Shown: positions 30,354-40,543 of the stretch, piece by piece
Layout of the letters: every line of letters starts with the position of its first letter
How positions within the stretch are numbered: position 1 is the stretch's first letter
From: Ferruginibacter sp.
GTDB taxonomy: Bacteria > Bacteroidota > Bacteroidia > Chitinophagales > Chitinophagaceae
NCBI GenBank assembly: GCA_965247025.1
Contig: OZ252000.1
Coordinates: 1,169,458 to 1,233,457, forward strand
Reading direction: 5' to 3'
Length of the DNA stretch: 64,000 nt
Notes under the pieces: model-generated
The model's database searches: none
What the model saw: the letters and a program-made list of their open reading frames with translations, nothing else
What the model was told of the DNA's origin: nothing
Position numbers and translations under genes: made by a program

Positions 30354-30575
30354 AGCGTCAATATTGTGCAAGCTCCGCCTGCTGTTTAACGGGCTACCGC
30401 TGCCGTTACCCCGGTGATGGAAAATTTATTTGTCACTTTTATATTACTCATTTTTTATCCAACATTTATTACAACAAATATTTAAGAATTCCTGGTGGTG
30501 CTTTAACTTTTTTTTATATTCTTCTTTTCTACTTTGTTGTCTCAAACCCTTTTTTAAAATCTTAAATAAAAAATT

Positions 30576-31264
30576 ATGTCGACAACGTACATTAAGGCAG
30601 ACCTGCCTGGCTTCTCCCTGCAGCTAAGCAATTTCAGCAGCAAACTTACCGGTTACAAAACCGTACTGGACATTACAGAAAATGAAATTAACAACAGCAT
30701 CAGCGATGCTGCAGCAATGCAATGGGTAGCGCAGGGGCTTAAAAATGCAGAGGATTATCACCGGCAGTGGACATCTTATAAAGACCTGCTCCGCAACGGT
30801 TGTGGTGGTGATACCAACACTGCGCCTGCCGGTATTACACAACTGCCGGCCCCGCTGGCGGTGCCGCCAAATATTCAACAGCGCTTCGGCCTGCTGGTGG
30901 CAAGAATGAAAAAGCACGCCAGTTACACGGATGCCATTGGTAAAGACCTGGACATCATTTCACCACAAACTACGCTGGACACTAAAAATGTTAAGCCTCT
31001 TATTAAGTTACATTCAGCAGCGGTGGCCACCCCACCCTTATCTGGACCAAGGGCAAACTGGACGGTGTGGAAATCTGGAAAGACAGTGGCAAAGGATTTG
31101 AGAAACTTGACAAGGATTTTTTTCCGGATTTCACGGATAAAACAGCGCTGCCCGCCCCCGGTGCCACCATCCTCTGGAAATATAAAATGATCTATCTTAT
31201 GAAGGATGAACCTGTGGGCAACTGGAGCGATGAAGTAAGCGTAACAGTATCGGGGGCAGTATAA
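30576..31264 (+). pseudogene. hypothetical protein with FN3-like C-terminal domain, interrupted by a frameshift near 31018-31030
   Basis: The frame of 30576 reads ...KPLIKLHSAAV. The domain then continues in the frame of 31067 as SGGHPTLIWTKGKLDGVEIWKDSGKGFEKL...WKYKMIYLMKDEPVGNWSDEVSVTVSGAV*. The second frame is closed by TAA at 31004-31006. Confidence 0.6.
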
Positions 31265-31353
31265 TTGTTTGATGATACTGCGGACAACTACACAGGATAA
31301 TGTAAGCATTGCAACGATTTTTGACCTGTCACTTTTGCCATTGTTCTATACAG

Positions 31354-31384
31354 GCCCCGCTGGTCTCAGCGGGGCATTTTTTTG
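31354..31384 (+). terminator. rho-independent terminator
   Basis: GCCCCGCTG-GTCT-CAGCGGGGC followed by ATTTTTTTG. Confidence 0.75.
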
Positions 31385-31885
31385 TTAACTGGTTCTCTTC
31401 TCCGACAGAGAGGAGACGGTGCTATACCATCACTAAACATTTGTTCTTCCACGGCCTCATCACCCTTCCTCTTCTCAGCCTCATCCACCTTCGGCACCTT
31501 CTCCAAAGGTAGAAGGAAAATGGAAAAAAGTTGTTTAGAAGAGGCGGCGCCGAATACCGTTACCAATCATTGTTTCTTCCACATTTTTCTTTTATTCTTT
31601 ATTGTACCTAATTCAGTGCCCCAGCGTATTTGGCAGGCTGCTTTTAATTGAAGGAAATAAAAGGTTGAGTTTATGATGAATCTGCTTTTGAGGGCTGCTG
31701 CTGAATACGGGTTTGATACTGATGTGGAAAAGGTAATGAAGATTAAAAAACCGATGTACTGCTCTTTGAATTAACCTTTTTCCATTTCCCTGAAGGAGAA
31801 GGTGGCCGAAGGCCGGATGAGCAGAAGAAGGAGTTGCCTGCACGAATGACTCGTTCAGGCGGGGAAGATGAGCAGAGTGAATTTC
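31385..31885. repeat. family-C composite repeat region (left flank of the adhesin gene)
   Basis: It contains AATTAACCTTTTTCCATTTCCCTGAAGGAGAAGGTGGCCGAAGGCCGGATGAG (31768-31822), an inverted partial copy at 31470-31510, and CATTTGTTCTTCCAC motifs. It matches 35470-36145. Confidence 0.65.
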
Positions 31886-31920
31886 CACAACTCAGTATTG
31901 CCTGGCAATCAAACAGGATA

Positions 31921-34900
31921 TCACTTAACAATCATCACCGTTCCTTTAGCAAAACGAAGGCCCTGGCCACTGAGCTGGTAACTGCAGGTCCACACATAGG
32001 CACCGCCCGGTTGTATGGAACCTTTGAAACTACCATCCCAGCTTTCACCCTGTTTGGCAGAGCGGAATACAGTTTGACCGTACCTGTTGTAAATGGCAAA
32101 ATCGTACTTAACAACGTTACCAAACAGCATGGGTTTGAAGGCATCATTTTTTCCATTATTGTCTGGAGAAAATGCGGTAGGTACATACAGGCCAAGCATA
32201 CAATCTTTTGGCGATATAATTACCTGGTCTGTTCCTTTACAATTGTATTGATCTGTCACAGTAAGTGAATAGGTGCCCGGCTTGCTTACGACAATAGCGG
32301 CTGTAGTGGCACTGGTATTCCAAAGGTATTCTGTAAAGCTTTTGATCGGTGCAAGATTTACGGTAGCATAAGAGCATAAGGCAGTATCTGCCGGTAAGAA
32401 ATTGGCAGGCAGTGGCACTATCTTACTGATCGCCACACTGTCAGCTCCCCTGCATCCTTTATTGTCTGTGACTGTTACCGAATAAACACCTGTACTGCTG
32501 ACTGTTCTGGTAGCCGCTGTACTGCCATCGTTCCAAAGATACCCGGTAAAGCCATTGCCGGCATCCAGTATCCTGGTATCCCCTTCACAAATAGTAGTAC
32601 TGTGGTTGAGCTGCACCAACGGAAGCGGATACGGCGGCAGCAGCGCAATGGTATCCTGTACCTTACAACCCCGGGCTGTTGTAGCGGTTGCAATATAATT
32701 GCCCGGTGCAGACACAATTATACCAGCACCAGTTGCCCCGGTGCTCCAGCTGTATTGTGTAAAATTACCGGTTGCTTTCAACAGGGTATCACTGCCGGTA
32801 CAAAGCCGGATATCCGGCCCCAGTAGCAGCTGCTCCGGCGGGTAATAATTTACATTGATGCTGTCCCGTACGGTACAGCCATCTTTTTGAACCTGCAGCC
32901 AGTAAGTACCGGGGCTGGCTACTTTAAAGTTATTGGATGCTGACCCATCCTGCCATTGAAAAACAGCATTCGTAATGACAGTACTTAACTGCAAACTTTG
33001 TTTTGGGCAAAGGGCGGTATCTCTTCCGAGGTTAACAACTGGCGGGCTGTTGAAGACCACCCGGATGGTATCAGTAACAGTACAGTTTCCATTGTTAACC
33101 TGTATCCAGTAATTGCCGGTTGAATTTACTGTTAGCTGGTTGCCGGTGCTGCCGGTGCTCCACAGGTATTGTGCGTTGGCTATATCTGGCTGAAGCGTAA
33201 GCGTACCGCCTGCACACAGCGAAGTGTCATTTCCTAAAAACACCTGCCGGGCATTGATGTATTTTACTTCTATGGTATCTGTGTGCATACAATAAAAATC
33301 CGCTGAATATACATTTACCCAATAAGTGCCTGACTGGGTAACAGTGTAAATACTATCATGAGAATTATCCTGCCAATAGTAATAACCAGTTCCAATTCCT
33401 GGCGACAATACCAGCGGCTGATCGTTGCATAAAGTGGTATCTGCCGGTAAAGAAAACCGGACGGATGGTGCATCTGTCAGTAAAACAGAATCCCTGAAAG
33501 GGCAGCCATTGTTATCGTATTCTCCCTGCAGCCAGTAGGTACCGCCTTTTGTTACGCTGATATCAATACCTGTTTCACCGGTGCTCCAACTATAGCTGGC
33601 AGTACTGTCCCAGGCGGTGAGCAAAATGGTATCACCTTTACAAATGCTGCGATCGTAACCAAGGTTAAAATCTGGCTTGGGTAATACGGTGATATGAATA
33701 GAATCAACCATTCTGCAGAGATCACAATCATTCTGCCGCATTTCCACATACCAGGTTCCGCCGGCAACGCTTATGCTGTCTGCCACCTGTTCAAAACTTT
33801 TTTGGCCATCAAATCCTAACCTGTACCAGGCAAAAATACCGTTCACCACACTGAGCTTTATATTGAAAGTAGTACCCTGGCAAACATTAACGTCTTTTGG
33901 ATATGCAGCCAGCAGCCTGCGGGTGGGGTCTTTTACTTCAACCGTTTCAGTAACGGTTTCTATCAAACTGTTTTGGCTGTTAAACAGTTGCGCTATTACC
34001 TGGTAAATACCCGGTGCTGAAAACACATGTGAAGGTGCTTTTTGGGAGACAATATTGCCTGTACCGGAAGGATCGCCAAAATTCCAGCTGATGGTATTGA
34101 TGGTATCATTGGTTACCCGGAATAGCATGGGTGTTGGATAACAACCCCCGCTATACACTATATTATTTTTTACGGCTTTTTCCATCATCCTGTGCTGGAA
34201 CGATGGTGTTGCTTTAAATCCGTTGTTACCCTGGGGAAGGTTATAAGAATCAAAGACAAAATCTACGGATGTGCCGATATGGTTGGGGTGGTTAAAGGCA
34301 GATACCATCGTACCGTTGTATGGCACATGTATCCGTCTGTCTGCCCCCAGCTGCATCCTGCCGAAGGTAATTCCTGGTCCGCACCAAACGAAGTCAGCGG
34401 CTACTCCTGGTGCGTATCTTACAAACTCTGCAGAGTCAGTATAGCACAAGTTATACTGCACTATATAACTGCTTCCAAACCCACAGGGCTGCAAGCCATA
34501 GGCACTTGATACCTCGCTGTGATATAACAGGCGGTTATCTGGAGAAAACTCTAAAGACAGGGCATCGTTGGCACGGATTGAGATCTCGCCAGTTCGTATT
34601 TTACTGGAAAGTAAGCCTGTTGCAGCGTCAAAATTAAAAACTTCTATAAATTCAGACAGGATAGTTTGATAATCGTAAGAACTTTTGTAATCCACACCAG
34701 CAACCATCTTCCCGTTATAAGAAGTTTTAAGGGTTTTAAAATTGTAGTTCTCTTTCACATAATAGCTGCCTGCCTTACTAATCACGGGGGTGGTACCGAG
34801 GCCTGCCGCTGTAACAGGATAATTTATAAAAGAATCGGTATTTGGACGGTGCGTAACCAGCCAGGCATCTTCCGTATTGTCTCCCTGTACTAAAGTAAAG

Positions 34901-35376
34901 CCCATGGAAATTGCTGTGTCCACAACCTGGTCATAAGCTGTTACATCACCTTTCCCGCTATTGAGCGACATGTCTACTACGGCATACTTTAGCGTCCAGT
35001 TGCTGTTAACTGAATTGAATTGATTACTGCTGTTGTAGAAGACAAGGTAACGGGAACTGCCTGGTATTTTTTGCGCCAGCGTAGTGCCCTGGCCGGCATA
35101 CAAACTAATATTGTTTAGTCCGGGCATTACTGCCAGGTCCCGGTCAATGATGGTATTGGCACCACAGGCAAATAAAAGGTTACCAGCGGCATCAGAAACA
35201 GAAGTGTTTGTAATCCAGGCACCAAATTTTTGCCAGTCGGGTTGCGGCACAGTAGTATTAACCCCACCGGGTGTAATAGAAACCGCATTTTGAGTAAAGA
35301 ACCAGTTACTGGTTTCTTTTTGTGCAAAAGAGGCTAAGCAGTAAAAGGCTAAAAGGGTGGCAAGAAAAAATTTCAT
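31921..35376 (-). CDS. large T9SS-secreted adhesin-like protein (PKD plus ~75-aa Cys-containing repeats, type-B gliding-motility C-terminal domain)
   Basis: Signal peptide MKFFLATLLAFYCLASFAQ. Eight or more repeats follow the pattern C..D...L.....Y.W..GST...I.V...G.Y.V. The C-terminus is YVPTAFSPDNNGKNDAFKP...FAIYNRYGQTVFRS...WDG...GAYVW, the CHU_C/type-B sorting domain. Confidence 0.9.
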   Translation of the reverse strand: MKFFLATLLAFYCLASFAQKETSNWFFTQNAVSITPGGVNTTVPQPDWQKFGAWITNTSVSDAAGNLLFACGANTIIDRDLAVMPGLNNISLYAGQGTTLAQKIPGSSRYLVFYNSSNQFNSVNSNWTLKYAVVDMSLNSGKGDVTAYDQVVDTAISMGFTLVQGDNTEDAWLVTHRPNTDSFINYPVTAAGLGTTPVISKAGSYYVKENYNFKTLKTSYNGKMVAGVDYKSSYDYQTILSEFIEVFNFDAATGLLSSKIRTGEISIRANDALSLEFSPDNRLLYHSEVSSAYGLQPCGFGSSYIVQYNLCYTDSAEFVRYAPGVAADFVWCGPGITFGRMQLGADRRIHVPYNGTMVSAFNHPNHIGTSVDFVFDSYNLPQGNNGFKATPSFQHRMMEKAVKNNIVYSGGCYPTPMLFRVTNDTINTISWNFGDPSGTGNIVSQKAPSHVFSAPGIYQVIAQLFNSQNSLIETVTETVEVKDPTRRLLAAYPKDVNVCQGTTFNIKLSVVNGIFAWYRLGFDGQKSFEQVADSISVAGGTWYVEMRQNDCDLCRMVDSIHITVLPKPDFNLGYDRSICKGDTILLTAWDSTASYSWSTGETGIDISVTKGGTYWLQGEYDNNGCPFRDSVLLTDAPSVRFSLPADTTLCNDQPLVLSPGIGTGYYYWQDNSHDSIYTVTQSGTYWVNVYSADFYCMHTDTIEVKYINARQVFLGNDTSLCAGGTLTLQPDIANAQYLWSTGSTGNQLTVNSTGNYWIQVNNGNCTVTDTIRVVFNSPPVVNLGRDTALCPKQSLQLSTVITNAVFQWQDGSASNNFKVASPGTYWLQVQKDGCTVRDSINVNYYPPEQLLLGPDIRLCTGSDTLLKATGNFTQYSWSTGATGAGIIVSAPGNYIATATTARGCKVQDTIALLPPYPLPLVQLNHSTTICEGDTRILDAGNGFTGYLWNDGSTAATRTVSSTGVYSVTVTDNKGCRGADSVAISKIVPLPANFLPADTALCSYATVNLAPIKSFTEYLWNTSATTAAIVVSKPGTYSLTVTDQYNCKGTDQVIISPKDCMLGLYVPTAFSPDNNGKNDAFKPMLFGNVVKYDFAIYNRYGQTVFRSAKQGESWDGSFKGSIQPGGAYVWTCSYQLSGQGLRFAKGTVMIVK

Positions 35377-35469
35377 CTGCCAGCAAATTAAGAATCATTT
35401 TTCAGTTGTTAAAACGATTTTGAATACTCCTTTGGCTTACAACACTTTATTTTTTGTTTTAATCGATGA

Positions 35470-36145
35470 TTGCTTTTTGGCAGGTGCCGGCTTAAGCCAG
35501 TGAGAGGCGGTGTTGTATAATTAGTAGCCTTAAGTTTTTCCCTATCTGACCTCTATCCCCAACCCTTTCTCCAAGGGAGAAAGGGCGGTGCTTTATTCCA
35601 TTACTAAACATTTGTTCTTCCACATTTTTCTTTTGTTCTTTAATGAGCACAGGGCAATGTCTCTGATAATTTTTTGGGGGGAAGCCAGGTTATTGAGCAT
35701 GCTTCCGAATAAAGGTTTTATGCAGATGTGGAAGATGTAAAGATGATTAAAGAGCTGCTGTACCGCTCCTTCAATTAACCTTTTACCATTTCCCTTCTCT
35801 GAAGGAGAAGGTGGCCGAAGGCCGGATAAGGCAGGAAAAGGAGAAGGAGGATGAGGTGAAAGCAGGTAGGCAATGTCTCTTCTAATTTTAGTTGGAAAGC
35901 CAGGTCAGTGAGATGATTATGAATAAAGGTTTTATGCAGATGTGGAAGATGTAAAGATGATTAAAGAGCTGCTGTACCGCTCCTTCAATTAACCTTTTAC
36001 CATTTCCCTTCTCTGAAGGAGAAGGTGGCCGAAGGCCGGATGAGGCGGGAGAAGGAGTTGGAGGATGAGGTCTGAGAAGGAGTTGCATGCCCGAATGACG
36101 CCTGTCCGATAGCCAGGCTGGCATTCGGGCGGGAAGATGAGACCT
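35470..36145. repeat. family-C repeat region (right flank), including a ~215-bp tandem duplication
   Basis: The units 35651-35863 and 35864-36080 are near-identical (GGCAATGTCTCT...GAATAAAGGTTTTATGCAGATGTGGAAGATGTAAAGATGATTAAAGAGCTGCTGTACCGCTCCTTCAATTAACCTTTTACCATTTCCCTTCTCTGAAGGAGAAGGTGGCCGAAGGCCGGAT). They have the same orientation as the 31680-31885 copy. Confidence 0.7.
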
Positions 36146-36300
36146 GTCTCATACGTAAAAATATGCCGGAGATATAGGACCCGTGTAACATTCCTTATCG
36201 TCAGAAAAAGTTAACCGATATTGTTTTACAACTCCTGTAAATTTCACCGCCCATTTGAAAATAAATATTGTATGTTCATAACAAATTTAAAAATAGCTGT

Positions 36301-37290
36301 ATGAAATTTTTTGCTTGTCTGATCATTTTAATTACAATTACTGTAACTGCAGAATGCCAAACAACAGTAAACAGTCAGCAAAAAAAACTGGCTCCGGATA
36401 TACTGCCCGGAAAAGGTCTTGAACAATATGATTTTTTTTATGCCGGGGAATCACCAACGCAGAATATGTACATTATTAAAAAAGGAAAGATTGTATGGCA
36501 GTATAAAGACACCGTAACTAAGGGAGAAATAAGTGATGCTGTTTTAATGACCAATGGCAATATTCTTTTTGCTCACCAGTTTGGCATTACGCTGATTGAT
36601 AAGTTTAAAAAAGTGCTGTGGCACTATGATGCACCTCCGGCTCATGAAGTGCATACGGTTCAGCCCATTGGGAAAGATCATGTGGTATTTGTGCAAAATG
36701 GTGATACAGGAAAAGTGTTTGTAGTTAATATTGTTACTGGTAAAACAGTGAAGGAATTTAGTATCCCGGTAGGTAACCCTAAAAGTGTGCATGGTCAGTT
36801 TCGTCATGCAAGGCTTACAAGTAAAGGCACCCTGCTCGTTGCACACATGGACATGGGCAAGGTATGCGAATACGATCTCAATGGAAAAGAATTGTATGCT
36901 GCAACAGTGCCCGGTGTTTGGGGTGCCGTACCGTTGGCCAATGGAAATATGCTTACCAGCGGTAAAGGGGTTGTAAGGGAGATCACACCTGCGGGTGACA
37001 CAGCCTGGATGTATGCTATGAAAGACATCCCGGGCTACGATATCAAATCACTTCAATTGGCGATACCCCGGCCTAACGGCCATATTGTTATCAATGAATG
37101 GTTTAATGAATGGCAAGATAAACCCGCTACCAATAACCTGCCAGTGCAGTGTATTGAAGTTACACCGGATAAAAAAATTGTATGGGCATTGCGGTCTTGG
37201 ATAGCACCCAACCTCGGTCCATCAACCACCATCCAATTTTTGGATGACAAATCTGTCTCTGAAAATGTTTTCTTTGGCGATATAAAATAG
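36301..37290 (+). CDS. secreted beta-propeller-like protein (function unknown)
   Basis: The signal peptide MKFFACLIILITITVTAECQ starts at the ATG at 36301. Repeated G.I.W/G..L...G patterns are compatible with a propeller, but I am not confident of any family assignment. Confidence 0.55.
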   Translation: MKFFACLIILITITVTAECQTTVNSQQKKLAPDILPGKGLEQYDFFYAGESPTQNMYIIKKGKIVWQYKDTVTKGEISDAVLMTNGNILFAHQFGITLIDKFKKVLWHYDAPPAHEVHTVQPIGKDHVVFVQNGDTGKVFVVNIVTGKTVKEFSIPVGNPKSVHGQFRHARLTSKGTLLVAHMDMGKVCEYDLNGKELYAATVPGVWGAVPLANGNMLTSGKGVVREITPAGDTAWMYAMKDIPGYDIKSLQLAIPRPNGHIVINEWFNEWQDKPATNNLPVQCIEVTPDKKIVWALRSWIAPNLGPSTTIQFLDDKSVSENVFFGDIK

Positions 37291-37422
37291 AAGACGGGGC
37301 AGTAAGGGCTTTGCTTACTATAGCAGTAAGGTTCTTAAATGTACCAGGTAGTTGCTGGCTGTAGCTTCCGAAGAAGTTTTTTATCAACACAACCCCAGTC
37401 AGCAACGTAACTCGTTTTACAA

Positions 37423-38073
37423 TCAATCTTCAATTTCATCCAGCACAGGAATATCTTTCATGGCTTCAAGGCGTTTTGTAAAATCAATCTTTGCCTGTTC
37501 AAGTTCCTTTTCAGCATCCACTATCTTATTTTTTAAAGAGGCTTTTCCGAAGAACTTTGTGTCTTCCAGTTTACGGGTTAATTCATAAATCATTCCTTCC
37601 GTTTCCATTATCTTAAGCCGCTTGTAATAAGTAAGGCTTTCGCTCATGTGGGCCAGCACAATAAGTGCAGTTAAAAAAGGATGGTTACTGGTTACATTAG
37701 CATCTTTTATACGGCCATGTTCCAACTCTACTTTCAGGGCATAAGCCAGTTCATTCATATTCATAACTTCGTGTACACTTGCCGGGTCCATGAATGCTTC
37801 AATGGCTGCAACGTTTACCAAACCTGTAAGATCTACCTGCGACGATTCATCTTTTTTCAGGTCTTTAAAAATCAGGTCACGTACAACCCTGGCTTCTTCT
37901 ATACCGGGATCATTTGAAGGATCAGAAAAATCTCTTTTTGTCCAGTCCCAGTTTTCCGGGTGAACAGGCTTTATCCATTTTTCGCAAAAATCAACTGCAT
38001 CATCATTTAAAGAAATAAATTGCCCGTCTTTTTTTATGTAAACGCTGTGGTACGTTCCTGGTGTTTTGTCCAT
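37423..38073 (-). CDS. hypothetical protein
   Basis: 216-aa acidic ORF with ALKVELEHG and a C-terminal coiled-coil-like segment. Family uncertain. Confidence 0.55.
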   Translation of the reverse strand: MDKTPGTYHSVYIKKDGQFISLNDDAVDFCEKWIKPVHPENWDWTKRDFSDPSNDPGIEEARVVRDLIFKDLKKDESSQVDLTGLVNVAAIEAFMDPASVHEVMNMNELAYALKVELEHGRIKDANVTSNHPFLTALIVLAHMSESLTYYKRLKIMETEGMIYELTRKLEDTKFFGKASLKNKIVDAEKELEQAKIDFTKRLEAMKDIPVLDEIED

Positions 38074-38450
38074 AATAAATTGTTGTTTAAATGCAAGAGA
38101 ATCTGGTTACTGCAAACGGTAAGCCAACCGTAAATGCAGTGTCAGGCCAGGAAAATACAATACCATTTAAATGAAACCGCTTAGTAAGCTTCTGCTGTTG
38201 ATCAGATACAGCAGGCTGTTCCTTATTTCAACCCGGCAATCTGTTTCATTTATCTTGCGTTATTGCGGTTGCTGGTTGCCTGTGTAAATCTATAAGCGCC
38301 CATTGTAAAGTAATGTCCGGCAATCTTAAAATTTTGCAGTTAAAAAGCCCTTTAACATGGCATACGCTAACTGTTAATGGAGATGTTTGCAAGCGGGTGC
38401 TAAATCAATCTGTTACCTTTAAGCCAGCTTATAAACCGGGTTTACAAATT

Positions 38451-39320
38451 ATGAAGTGGATTACAAGAGAACGGCCTAAAATTGACAGGTTAGCCTGCCC
38501 CTGGCTGATAAAAAAGTTTGTTGATAAAGAAGCTGAATTTATCTACGTTCCTTTTAGTGAAGTGCTCATCAAAGCAAAAGAATTAAAGGCTATTCCATTT
38601 GATATTCCGGATGTGGAGTTTACACATTACGATGACGGCTGCACTTTTGACTACATTGTAAAAAAATACGCAATAAAAGATCCGGCTGTACTGGCGATGG
38701 CTGTAATTGTAAGGGGTGCAGATACTGACCGTCATGATATAGCAAAAGAAGCAGCCGGGTTGCTGGCCATTTCATCGGGGCTTGCCTATAACATAAAAGA
38801 TGATTACCAGTTACTGGAAACCGGGATGGTAATGTACGATGCTTTGTACAGTTGGGCAGGGCATTTGCAAAAACAAAAACATCTGCAAAACAGCCCTTTT
38901 GAAAACTTGCTGCATGAAGTGTATAAAAAGTTTTTAACTAAAAAAGCAACAGCTAAAAAGAGGCCGCCGGCCTGGGTAAAAGAACTGAAAGAAATTATAC
39001 AGGACCAGGTTGATACCCAGCTTAGTTTTGATCTTAAAAAAATCTCCAGCGACCTTGAATTAAATGCTTCCTACTTATCACGGGAATTTTCAAAATATTT
39101 TGAAGACCTTAACTTTGGTGACTACATAAGAAAAATACGCATTGAAAAAGCCATTCAGTTAATTGAAACCTCCAGTTGTTCACTTACAGAGATTGCCTAC
39201 CTTACCGGCTTTTCAGACCAAAGTCATTTTACCCGGATATTCAGGCAACATACAGGAAAAAACCCCTCCGCCTGCCGGAAAATACTGGGAAAAAGTAAAC
39301 CAGGTACAAAAGGTAAATAA
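38451..39320 (+). CDS. ChrB-type chromate-resistance domain fused to an AraC-family HTH
   Basis: The N-terminus MKWITRERPKIDRLACPWLIKKFVDKEAEFIYVP is the Chrome_Resist signature. The C-terminus IAYLTGFSDQSHFTRIFRQHTGKNPS is an AraC HTH. The ATG at 38451 is preferred over the track start at 38313. Confidence 0.75.
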   Translation: MKWITRERPKIDRLACPWLIKKFVDKEAEFIYVPFSEVLIKAKELKAIPFDIPDVEFTHYDDGCTFDYIVKKYAIKDPAVLAMAVIVRGADTDRHDIAKEAAGLLAISSGLAYNIKDDYQLLETGMVMYDALYSWAGHLQKQKHLQNSPFENLLHEVYKKFLTKKATAKKRPPAWVKELKEIIQDQVDTQLSFDLKKISSDLELNASYLSREFSKYFEDLNFGDYIRKIRIEKAIQLIETSSCSLTEIAYLTGFSDQSHFTRIFRQHTGKNPSACRKILGKSKPGTKGK

Positions 39321-39376
39321 CCTGCTATTTTTTTACCATGATATAGTTTCAATTTGTACTTAAAAAATACTGGTGG

Positions 39377-40543
39377 ATGGAGACTAAACCCACATATACT
39401 TTACGGCAGCTGATCATATATTTCCTTCGGTTAGGCTCAACAGGTTTTGGTGGCCCAGTTGCATTGGTGGGTTATATGCATAAAGACCTGGTGGAAAACC
39501 GCAAGTGGATCTCTGATGAGGAATACAAACAGGGCCTGGCTTTGGCACAGTTGGCACCCGGCCCGCTGGCTGCACAACTGGGTATTTATATCGGGTTCGT
39601 TCACTACCGGATTTTAGGCGCCACACTGGCAGGTATTGCTTTTGTGATGCCTTCATTTGTAATGGTGGTGCTGTTGGGCATGGCTTATAAATTATATGGC
39701 GGCCTTGCCTGGATGCAAGCTGTTTTTTATGGTGTGGGTGCAGCAGTTATTGGCATCATTGCCAACAGTTCTTACAAACTCACAACAAAATCAATTGGCA
39801 AATTTAATCTTGATTCTTTTAAGAAGAATTGGCTGCTCTGGTTGTTTTATCTTGTTGCTGCGGCAATTACTTTTTTTACCCGGCAGGAACAAATACTGCT
39901 GTTTATTGCTGCCGGTCTGTTGTACATGTTTGTAAAAGCCCCGCCTGTATGGATCAGTAAGTCCACTGCAAACAGTTTTGTACTTTTACAAACAGGCTTC
40001 TGGAATTATGAAAACTCCACACTTACAAAAATTGCGATCTTTTTTGCCAAAGCAGGTGCATTTGTTTTTGGCAGCGGCCTGGCAATTGTTCCTTTTTTGC
40101 ACGCCGGCGTTGTAACAGAAAACCACTGGCTTACAGAACAACAATTTGTAGATGCTGTTGCTGTGGCAATGATTACCCCCGGACCGGTTGTAATTACAGT
40201 TGGGTTTATTGGTTACCTGGTGGCAGGTTTTCCGGGGGCAAGTGTAGCCGCCCTTGCAACATTTTTATCCTGCTATCTTTTTACCGTTATCCCGGCTCCT
40301 TACTTTAAAAAAATATCGCACAACAAATCAATTAAGGCATTTGTGGAAGGTATTACGGCTGCGGTTGTAGGCGCATTGGTTGGTGCAGTTATTGTAATTG
40401 CCACCAGGAGTATTTTGGATGTAACAACTGCGTTAACAGCAATTGCAACAATTTTAGCGTTGCTTTACATAAAAAGAATCCAGGAGCCATACATCATTTT
40501 AGTGGCTGCAATCATAGGTATTTTTATAAAATTAATTTTATGA
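39377..40543 (+). CDS. chrA: chromate efflux transporter
   Basis: 388 aa with a duplicated CHR domain. It carries LRLGSTGFGGPVALVGYMHKDLVENRKWISDEEY and LAQLAPGPLAAQL, with a second half FVFGSGLAIVPFL...ITPGPVV. Confidence 0.9.
   Translation: METKPTYTLRQLIIYFLRLGSTGFGGPVALVGYMHKDLVENRKWISDEEYKQGLALAQLAPGPLAAQLGIYIGFVHYRILGATLAGIAFVMPSFVMVVLLGMAYKLYGGLAWMQAVFYGVGAAVIGIIANSSYKLTTKSIGKFNLDSFKKNWLLWLFYLVAAAITFFTRQEQILLFIAAGLLYMFVKAPPVWISKSTANSFVLLQTGFWNYENSTLTKIAIFFAKAGAFVFGSGLAIVPFLHAGVVTENHWLTEQQFVDAVAVAMITPGPVVITVGFIGYLVAGFPGASVAALATFLSCYLFTVIPAPYFKKISHNKSIKAFVEGITAAVVGALVGAVIVIATRSILDVTTALTAIATILALLYIKRIQEPYIILVAAIIGIFIKLIL

Noticed and set aside
29842-30389. Track ORFs 29842-30267(+), 29867-30094(+), 30056-30361(-) and 30156-30389(+) as genes.
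   Set aside because: They are low-complexity Ala-rich translations of the 21-bp array on both strands and in several frames. The starts are non-ATG and no frame spans the array.
31309-31931. Small ORFs between the terminator and the adhesin gene, and their counterparts at 35888-36191.
   Set aside because: They sit inside family-C repeats. Their peptide sequences (PSPSGKWKK and similar) are repeat-derived and differ in frame between copies.
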